A stretch of 24,000 bases of DNA from Ravibacter arvi. Its GTDB lineage: Bacteria > Bacteroidota > Bacteroidia > Cytophagales > Spirosomataceae. Below, piece after piece: positions 17,122 through 24,000 of this stretch; the stretch's first letter is position 1; every line of letters starts with the position of its first letter. Where the stretch lies: NCBI RefSeq assembly GCF_039540405.1, contig NZ_BAABEY010000001.1, forward strand, positions 5,493 through 29,492, given 5' to 3'. A model generated the notes under the pieces. The model saw only the letters and a program-made list of their open reading frames with translations. It was not told the DNA's origin and made no database searches. A program made the translations under genes and the position numbers.

Positions 17122-17166
17122 ATCGAACCCCTGGTGCCTTTGTTGGTGTTTCTGGATGAGTTGGGA
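17122..17166 (+). repeat. Right copy of the 45-bp direct repeat (partner at 10910-10954)
   Basis: See the left copy. It is immediately preceded by a perfect 10-bp hairpin GATTCAGCCC-N13-GGGCTGAATC (17092-17124) that the left copy lacks. Confidence 0.8.
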
Positions 17167-17320
17167 GCAGATTGACTTGATTGGAATCATTGGTCATTTT
17201 TTGTCACATAACCATAAGTATCCGAAATAAAACCTGAAAGCGCATTAAAAAAGAGACTCTCACTCGAAAGTATTAAATTGTAGTTGAGAAACATAACCAA
17301 AGATTCTCCGAATAGTAAAA

Positions 17321-17410
17321 ATGTCACTTTTCAGTCAAATGGTGAGCCAGATTCCGCGAGATAAGTTTGAACTCTTAGTGTCTAAGTACGCTTTATTGGG
17401 CTCCTTGTGA
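17321..17410 (+). pseudogene. N-terminal fragment of an IS4-family (DUF4372-type) transposase
   Basis: MSLFSQMVSQIPRDKFELLVSKYALLGSL* matches the F(S/A)Q(L/M)..S.(I/L)PR..F..LV.KY pattern at the N-terminus of Bacteroidota IS4-like transposases. A stop truncates it after 29 codons and no intact DDE domain follows. Confidence 0.45.
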
Positions 17411-18091
17411 ACCCAGTCTGTCGTATAAAACTCCACATCTGTTCGCACTTTTCAATATTCTAAACTATTTTTCGGGCAAGTTAGGAGCGGAACGCAAGAG
17501 ACAGAATATGCTGTTGAAAGGGTGCTTCCCAACTGGTATGAGTTCATAGACGAACCAGCCCTGGCCGATTGAGGCTATCCGTGACATATTGACTGCTTCG
17601 GCCACCATAACAGAAATTCAAGGAAAGTCCTTGAGAAAGTGAAAACAATAGCGTAGAATTGTTATTCTTTAATCACCGTATTCTCAGTGAACTATGGGGA
17701 CCGGTAAACATTAGAGCGGAATGGGGGTAAACTTTTGTCGGATAAATAAGTAGCCAAGCGAGAATAGAAAATGCAAACAATAGTAAAGAAAATAAAAGGA
17801 CTGAGGGTTTGTGAGCCGTACACACCAGGTGACATATGCACTGTGTTAGGCTGTAGCAAAGTGGCAGATTCTCTTGTAGTCTTCACGATGAGTATATGGT
17901 TTCAGGGGAGAAGGAATCGTTCAATAAACAAGATTTTATCTGTCGGTTTATTTGTAGGGAGTATCGGGTATTCAACGACCATAATGTGGTTGGACAGCTT
18001 AGGCCGCGTAGCATTATTTCTTGTCCATATATATATCAAAATGGAGCATTGATTTTTTATATTTTTTTCTGCCGGTTGAAGCGATTTAATC

Positions 18092-18532
18092 ATGGATTCA
18101 ATATTAAAAAGACTAAGTAAACTATCTGAAGAGCAACATAAAGTTCTAGAAAGTCTACGTTTCAAAGATCAAGATCTATCTACCAAGTTAGGTGCTTTAC
18201 TCGCTTTTTCTGGATTGATGATTGCTACCTCCATAGTTCAGCTTTCAACATCTGAGGGGTCGATAATCCATGTGGATATTAGTTCTGTATGGTTGGTTTG
18301 GTCAAATGTGTTTTCTTTGTTGTTATTGTTTGGTTCTGGTTTTTTTTGTATTTTTGGATTAACGTCAACAGGTAACTATTCTTCTGATGGAGTGGCTGCT
18401 CTTGAAGAGTATAAAACATATTTGAAAAATAAAATGGCGGCATTGAGGTGGTCTGTAATACTTGTTCTTATCGGTAGCAGCCTAGTATTATTGACATTTT
18501 TTAAAGTGATACTAGACCAAGTTTTCCATTAA
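18092..18532 (+). CDS. Small integral membrane protein (3 predicted TM helices), function unknown
   Basis: ATG start. An amphipathic N-terminal helix is followed by hydrophobic segments LGALLAFSGLMIATSIVQL, VWLVWSNVFSLLLLFGSGFFCIFGL and WSVILVLIGSSLVLLTFFKVIL. It lies in an AT-rich island 165 nt upstream of the next same-strand ORF. Confidence 0.6.
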   Translation: MDSILKRLSKLSEEQHKVLESLRFKDQDLSTKLGALLAFSGLMIATSIVQLSTSEGSIIHVDISSVWLVWSNVFSLLLLFGSGFFCIFGLTSTGNYSSDGVAALEEYKTYLKNKMAALRWSVILVLIGSSLVLLTFFKVILDQVFH

Positions 18533-18697
18533 TTCGTCACAACTCCCAATATCCATAATCCCTCATCGAAGCCATTGGATTGAAATTATAAACCCCAACG
18601 CCAACGTTTCTTTTCAGCCGAATCTGACTGCTGCGTTGTCTTTTGCTGAACCACGGTTAATGATTATTGAAGTTGTTCGTGTTTGCTATTTTAAGTT

Positions 18698-19828
18698 ATG
18701 TCTATTTGTAAATTTTGCTTGACTAGAGAAGCTGACAAGGGTAATACTCACTTGTTAGCTCACTCAATGATTAGAAGATCTGTTAACGAGCCAGGAAAAA
18801 AAGGGAGAGATAGAGAGCTTTATTTTGATTTATCGTTTGATGGCTCTACAGTTAGTAATACTCTAAAGATAGGTGATAGTGTGTTGGATATAAAGAGAGA
18901 GGAGATGGAAAGCTTATATCATTCAAAGTTAATAGGGAAAGGAAGAGAGAGAGATTTTGCAGTGGATAATGAGTTTTGCTCGGAATGTGAAAAATCGTTT
19001 GAGTATATTGAAGATTTGTATTCTTCGGAAGTGGTTGGGGAGGTGGAGAAAAAAAGTAAAAATCACTTTCAGGGTGTATTGGAGATCCTCATTACGGATA
19101 GATATCGTATCAATTTATTTTATGCGTTCCATTTTTTGAACATATGGAGATACTCTATTTTTAACTACGACTCAGCTCTATTTTCGAAGAAATTGATTCC
19201 GATTAAACAATATTTGATGGAAATTCTGACTAGTGATAAAGATAAATTAGATCAGAATTTGAAAAAATCGATTGAGTTAACAGCTTTTATTGCCGTGTTT
19301 ATTCTAAAAGTTGGCGGAGAGAGGGATGGTGAAGATATTATTAATGAAAAATTTACTAACTCATTATTTTTTCACAGTTTAGATGAACCTCGATTTTTTG
19401 TGTTTGGGACGACAATAATATTATTGCATAGCAGACAATCTTACTTTAAGACTAGGACGAAGCCTTACTACGGTTTATCAAGTATTTGTAATCTTTTTGA
19501 CGCATCATCCAATTGTGATGTAGTGAAAATTGAAGTTTTGGGTGATGATCATACGTCGACGTTTATGACTAATTGTGCTATTGAAATAAGCGGTATTATA
19601 AAAGAAGAGTTGATCAGAAAGGTGAAATTGATGTATAGTGCTGCCGTATCGATCGGGGTTGGAATCAAGTATACTAAAATAAAGGGAGAGTTTATTGTCA
19701 ATAAGTTTATCGAGAATAATCCGAGTTATTTATGGGATAATTTACCTGCCTTATATGTCTCGCGAGAGTTAGCTTTATTGATAGAATCAAATGAAAGTAT
19801 TCTATCCGACAGTGATAGTAGACGGTAA
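18698..19828 (+). CDS. Hypothetical 376-aa protein with two CxxC pairs, function unknown
   Basis: This is the only long ORF in this AT-rich stretch and it starts at ATG 18698. It has an N-terminal CKFC (residues 5-8) followed by THLLAHSMI, and a second CSEC about 85 residues later. I recognise no other family motifs. Confidence 0.6.
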   Translation: MSICKFCLTREADKGNTHLLAHSMIRRSVNEPGKKGRDRELYFDLSFDGSTVSNTLKIGDSVLDIKREEMESLYHSKLIGKGRERDFAVDNEFCSECEKSFEYIEDLYSSEVVGEVEKKSKNHFQGVLEILITDRYRINLFYAFHFLNIWRYSIFNYDSALFSKKLIPIKQYLMEILTSDKDKLDQNLKKSIELTAFIAVFILKVGGERDGEDIINEKFTNSLFFHSLDEPRFFVFGTTIILLHSRQSYFKTRTKPYYGLSSICNLFDASSNCDVVKIEVLGDDHTSTFMTNCAIEISGIIKEELIRKVKLMYSAAVSIGVGIKYTKIKGEFIVNKFIENNPSYLWDNLPALYVSRELALLIESNESILSDSDSRR

Positions 19829-20268
19829 ACCTTGGAATTGAATTTGGAATCAAGCAATAGACCAAGTTCGTGATCCTGATCATTATTAACCTCTACTCCG
19901 GGAGAAAGAGTATCCTGTCTAATTTTTAGGATTTCAGCTTTACTGACTAGAGAAGAATTTTTACCCACTATTTCATTCAAAACTTTTACTGATTGTTTAT
20001 CTGAGAAAATACAAGCGGCATTTTTGATCTTTAGGCACACGCATAATTTTACCTAATATCTATACCGGTATTTTTTAGTCCTTCCGCAGATTCACTGAAG
20101 AATGAGGCTGTTGATTTCAGAAATTGTTTATTCCGACGTAAGTGGTTCTTCTCAAACATTGGTAATATCACCAAAAGTGACGAAGAACCAGTTTACTCCG
20201 GAATATCCATTTTGAGTTTAGAACTGAGTCTTTGAGGCTCGAATGAGTCGTTATTGATAACTGTGCCA

Positions 20269-20301
20269 CCCGGCTAGGCTATGTCTGCCCGGGGATTTTT
20301 T
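20269..20301 (+). terminator. Possible plus-strand terminator
   Basis: CCCGGC-N12-GCCCGGG is an imperfect stem with one bulge, followed by GATTTTTTAT. It lies in the convergent intergenic region. Confidence 0.3.
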
Positions 20302-20352
20302 ATGTGAACTGGCCGTCGGCAAAGGTTTCTCTGTCCAGGCTGGTTGCAACCT

Positions 20353-23300
20353 TCAACTATAGACGTGTATCTGCTGAAAATCCGCATAAGCCTGATCTTC
20401 ACCCGGATTACGCCGGTCCCACATTTCAAACTGTCCCAAAGAGAGTTTGCGCTCCCCCCACACTGCCCATACCAAAGACATTCCCAATTGATCGAGCAGG
20501 CTGTCCAGTAGATCCTTTCTTAAGAAGAACAGGCGTTCATTGTTTTTTGACGAGTTCTTTGCGTAAAAGTTCTGAAAAGTAACCTGCTCGCTCGAACTAT
20601 TGCGAAGATCCCTGCCCTGCGGTATGGTTGTTAGATCCAGCATTTGGATCAGCTTTTTGTTCAATGTTGAGCCGCCAGTGAATTCTTCAAAAAGTGTTTT
20701 CCCAGGCGTACCAAGGTCGCAGACTGGTTGGATCACCGTGATATCGCGGGTCTGTTGCTGGACGCGCTTCACCATGACCGTTTCCTTCCTGATCTCCAGC
20801 TTTCCGAAATCCTCATCGCTTAGCTCAAGTCTCTCATCGTCTTCATCGCTCGAAAAATCAATAACAGATAAACGAAGCTTATCAAAGAATGAAAGCTCCA
20901 CAGCTATTTCGTTCAAGTAGAACCTGTCCACTTCCTCTGGCTCCTCGACAGTGATTTCAGCCACAACAAAGCGAAGCTCATTCGGTTGCTGATCCGCGAA
21001 ATGGCTACTCCATGGCACTTCTCCGGCGAACGCGCAGCTTTCTTCATATTTTTCTGGCAGCCACCTCCCGCCCAGGCGCTGCTTCTCCAGCAGTGAAACC
21101 AGTTCAGCCTGCTGGTCTTTTGCAACAAAAAACGCCCTGAAAAATCCGAACATACTCCGCCCCCTCCTTTCATCCTTCTGCCCAAGGTGCCCATCCAGAA
21201 GCACCCAAGGACCTGATAGGCCGCCCAATGTCTCCTGCTGAAGGTAAATACCTAGATCTGGTATCTCGCCACTTTTGACCCATTCCTGCGGCGGAATATC
21301 AGGACTGCCCAGCGTGTCCATATCGATAATCCGATCGGCTCTGAGCGGGTAAGGGAAACTGGGGTCGATGTCCGCATCCGATTCACGCCGGTCCAGATAG
21401 ATATCTTCATCTTCTTCATTAGATTGTTCAATTAATCCCTTTTGCTCGAAATAGGCTATCCAGGAATACTTCTTGCCATAACGATCCGTTTTGTCGATAT
21501 CGCTGTCCTCATGCCGGTAAGAGTTTCTTACGTTTTCGATCGAGCGCTCCACTGTTTCAAACGCCTTGAAAGACCAGCCAAGGTCAAATATCCTCCATAG
21601 GATCTTTGACCTTACATCCTTGTATCCCTCGTGGCCGTAATCATAATTTCGCCTGCCGGGCACAAGCCGTCCGATCACATAGTTCTCAAAATCCATCCTA
21701 AATGGAGACTGCCCTCGTTCGGTTTCCTTATGGTATTTCCTTATACTTTTATCACCTTGGGAAGGCTTGGGTGTTTTATAGATTTCGTTGAGCTCTTCAG
21801 GCGAAAATAGTGCGGCGTTCCGGGATTCCGCGAGCTCGATAATCCCTCTTGCATAATCCAGTATAAGTATGTGAGTCGAAAGGCTCTCAGCGTTCAGACT
21901 GAACATCAGCTCATAAATTTGCCTTGCAAAATTAGGCAGTACATCATTGCAAAATTCAGAATTATCTGGATCACAGGCGCGGGCCATGGCTGCCCCGTAG
22001 CTTGCGGCGAGCATACGTTCTGGTATGTAAGGGTCGTTTACGGAAAGGGAACTGATCGCCAGATCGAACAGTTGTTTGGCCGCGCCCCTTCCGTACCAGT
22101 ACAACGCAAGCGTCGCTTTGTGTCGCATTCTATGGCTCGTGCTGGTCAACATCCACATGATCCACCTCGCCATTAGATTGTCGGTTGGAATTCGTTTTTG
22201 AACTTCAGCGGACCAAGTGGAAATAATACCGTCAAGATCGGATTCGAAGCGAGGCTGATTTCTACGTAGCCACTCGCTCCAAATAAGATCCCGTTTGCCA
22301 ACCTCGAGCGACGACAGCACCTGGTCTACAAAAAGTACATTTAGGGGGTGTCTTTCAGTGACACGAATCGGATATAGCCGTCCCAAATATTTGTTTAAGT
22401 TCGGCTCTGATTTTTTGATGCTCTCTGCGACTGCTACAGTAGTTTGGGTATCCAGATATTTTGGCTCCAACAAGATTGCTAATTCCAACGCCTCGTCGCG
22501 TAGGTTATTATCTACCACCTCCCAGAACTGAATATGATGATATTGAGGCAGCAACGCCGTCAAAAACCAAATGATATCATCCCTCAAGGGATGTTGGGTT
22601 TCATAATTGTTATCCAGTGCTTTGGCGGTCGTTTCGTTTTTGATCCAAGATTCAATAGTATCCCTTCCGTTTTTGGAAATTATATATTTGGCGATCAGGT
22701 ATCCGCCTAGAAGATCATATGTTGGAGTGATCTGATACTGATAAGGGAGATTCCCGGGCATTCTCAATAAAAGCCCTTCCTGTTCCATAAAATTAACTGC
22801 GCTATTGTCCCAGTTGCTGCGGTCCTTGATGTCTTCGCGGAACTGCTCCTGGGGTACTTCCCGGGAGTGGGTTTCCCATAAAGCCTGGCCGAACTTGTCC
22901 AAATAGGCAGTGATATCCGCTTGGCGGTATCGGCAATGATAGGGTGATAATTCTTCTATTCTAGCGGCGGCTAGCTCCACGTACTTTTCAAAAAGTGAAG
23001 CGAGCGAGCGCGGAACGGCCTCCATCCCGACGGGCTTTTCACGCGTGGGATTGCACACCTCGCAGAATATCCTCAAGGTCAGCGGATGGCGAAGGAAGTA
23101 ATTATATACCAGATTCGGCTGGGCCTCTATCTTAAAATGTTCAAAATACCTATCCATGGCGTCACCAATATCGTCCCCAAAGTCTGGAATTTCGAATGTG
23201 AGCGTATAGTCAGGCAGGCATTGTTCAACGAAGGGGTGACGCTTTGCTTGTTCAGAGTCGTATTCATAGTCACTCTCTCGATCCCCTCTCCTTGATCCTG

Positions 23301-23979
23301 AACGGAGGGTACAGATAACCAAAATGTTGGGATATTGATCCAGTATCACTTTCAATGAACTCAAATGTAACTTCCATTCCATTGGATCCTCTGCTTCGTT
23401 GAGCCCGTCTATGACCAGTGGCAGGATACATTTTGCCCGCTCCCCCACCGAATTCAGAGCAGCCAGAAGTCCCTGCATGCTCGAAACAGGTTTACCATTG
23501 ATAACTATCCTGCTCGCCAAATCATCGAGTGAACCGCCGTGCTTCAGAAACCGACCGAGCAGTAGTATTCCCGCGGGTCTGCTATCTTGAGGAGTGGTGA
23601 GGGTAGCTGAAAGTTGTGTTTTACCACAGCCGGCGTCAGCTACAATCCCGACCAATCTAGTTTCAAGAAATTTCTTAGTTTTAGACAATAACCTATCGGC
23701 TTCCTTAAGGTCAGCCATAGCATTGGTGGCGATAAGCGCAATCTGTAGCCTGGCTCCACGTAGCTTCCTGGGCAACCCGGCTAACTGCTGAAGCTGCTGT
23801 CTCAGCTCAATAGGAAAGGACTGCTTTAGATGTATAAACTCCCCGCCGTCCAGCATTTTAAAAATGACTTTAAGCTTCTCTGCGTAGGATTCCATGCAAC
23901 TAAGGAACTCACCAGTCATTTCCTTCAAAGCCGCCGGTACCGTCGCGATGCTAAGTCGCATTTCTTTGTGCAGTGCCAT
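20353..23979 (-). CDS. STAND-class P-loop NTPase, NACHT-like, with a ~750-aa C-terminal region of unknown function
   Basis: ATG at 23979. Walker A is VGIVADAGCGKTQLS (about nt 23610-23650). The NACHT-style Walker B is LPLVIDGLNEAED (about nt 23380-23420). Downstream is HPLTLRIFCEV. HEAT-like helical repeats are present (HKATLALYWYGRGAAKQLFDLAISSL). Acidic stretches follow. No N-terminal effector domain is recognisable. Confidence 0.8.
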   Translation of the reverse strand: MALHKEMRLSIATVPAALKEMTGEFLSCMESYAEKLKVIFKMLDGGEFIHLKQSFPIELRQQLQQLAGLPRKLRGARLQIALIATNAMADLKEADRLLSKTKKFLETRLVGIVADAGCGKTQLSATLTTPQDSRPAGILLLGRFLKHGGSLDDLASRIVINGKPVSSMQGLLAALNSVGERAKCILPLVIDGLNEAEDPMEWKLHLSSLKVILDQYPNILVICTLRSGSRRGDRESDYEYDSEQAKRHPFVEQCLPDYTLTFEIPDFGDDIGDAMDRYFEHFKIEAQPNLVYNYFLRHPLTLRIFCEVCNPTREKPVGMEAVPRSLASLFEKYVELAAARIEELSPYHCRYRQADITAYLDKFGQALWETHSREVPQEQFREDIKDRSNWDNSAVNFMEQEGLLLRMPGNLPYQYQITPTYDLLGGYLIAKYIISKNGRDTIESWIKNETTAKALDNNYETQHPLRDDIIWFLTALLPQYHHIQFWEVVDNNLRDEALELAILLEPKYLDTQTTVAVAESIKKSEPNLNKYLGRLYPIRVTERHPLNVLFVDQVLSSLEVGKRDLIWSEWLRRNQPRFESDLDGIISTWSAEVQKRIPTDNLMARWIMWMLTSTSHRMRHKATLALYWYGRGAAKQLFDLAISSLSVNDPYIPERMLAASYGAAMARACDPDNSEFCNDVLPNFARQIYELMFSLNAESLSTHILILDYARGIIELAESRNAALFSPEELNEIYKTPKPSQGDKSIRKYHKETERGQSPFRMDFENYVIGRLVPGRRNYDYGHEGYKDVRSKILWRIFDLGWSFKAFETVERSIENVRNSYRHEDSDIDKTDRYGKKYSWIAYFEQKGLIEQSNEEDEDIYLDRRESDADIDPSFPYPLRADRIIDMDTLGSPDIPPQEWVKSGEIPDLGIYLQQETLGGLSGPWVLLDGHLGQKDERRGRSMFGFFRAFFVAKDQQAELVSLLEKQRLGGRWLPEKYEESCAFAGEVPWSSHFADQQPNELRFVVAEITVEEPEEVDRFYLNEIAVELSFFDKLRLSVIDFSSDEDDERLELSDEDFGKLEIRKETVMVKRVQQQTRDITVIQPVCDLGTPGKTLFEEFTGGSTLNKKLIQMLDLTTIPQGRDLRNSSSEQVTFQNFYAKNSSKNNERLFFLRKDLLDSLLDQLGMSLVWAVWGERKLSLGQFEMWDRRNPGEDQAYADFQQIHVYS

Positions 23980-24000
23980 AATATTTGTTGAAACTTCGGT

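Noticed and set aside
17149-17162. CTGGATGAG inside the direct repeat resembles the hammerhead CUGAUGAG core
   Set aside because: It has an extra G, so it is not the conserved core. There is no matching GAAA element or helices I-III nearby.
17480-17650. Possible second transposase fragment (for example ...EYAVERVLPNWYEFIDEPALAD*)
   Set aside because: It has only a vague resemblance to DDE transposase C-termini and multiple stops in all frames. I could not assign it to a family by eye.
17692-18165. Cluster of mutually overlapping 64-93-aa ORFs on both strands in the AT-rich island
   Set aside because: They are mutually exclusive, low-complexity and motif-free. They are probably non-coding leader sequence for the 18092 gene.
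19726-20040. 104-aa minus-strand ORF downstream of the NTPase gene
   Set aside because: It has a GTG start only. It overlaps the 3' end of the 18698-19828 CDS by about 100 nt, lies in AT-rich sequence and has no motifs. The evidence is not sufficient to call it.
1-24000. CRISPR arrays, rRNA genes, canonical tRNA genes, intact IS elements or integrases
   Set aside because: None was seen. The only regular repeats are the intragenic 180-bp protein repeats and the features listed above.

Overview
The window looks like a Bacteroidota chromosome segment, probably Cytophagia or Sphingobacteriia-like. The evidence is two proteins with T9SS C-terminal sorting domains, a Y_Y_Y-type sensor kinase, and no Shine-Dalgarno signals. 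It has three parts. (1) 1-9.8 kb holds two large secreted T9SS cargo proteins that share a paralogous C-terminal module. A LuxR-type response regulator and a propeller/Y_Y_Y histidine kinase follow them. (2) 9.8-17.2 kb starts with an unusual 1.4-kb ORF-free stretch containing two strong bidirectional terminators. It is followed by an RNA repair/surveillance cassette on the minus strand: rtcB, then rsr (Ro60/TROVE-vWA), then three tandem tRNA-like Y-RNA modules, then an RlaP-type nucleotidyltransferase. A WYL-domain regulator is transcribed divergently. The same ~29-nt palindrome sits about 40 nt upstream of both the rtcB and rsr start codons. A 45-bp direct repeat (39/45 identical) brackets the cassette. 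(3) 17.2-24 kb is a visibly AT-rich island with an IS4-like transposase fragment, a 3-TM small protein and a 376-aa CxxC protein of unknown function. A convergent 1208-aa STAND/NACHT-like NTPase follows. The most interesting content is the WYL/RtcB/Ro60/triple-Y-RNA/RlaP cassette and its candidate operator. The uncharacterised AT-rich two-gene module and the NLR-like NTPase come next. All calls rest on reading the sequence and the ORF translations. No database search or RNA folding program was run.
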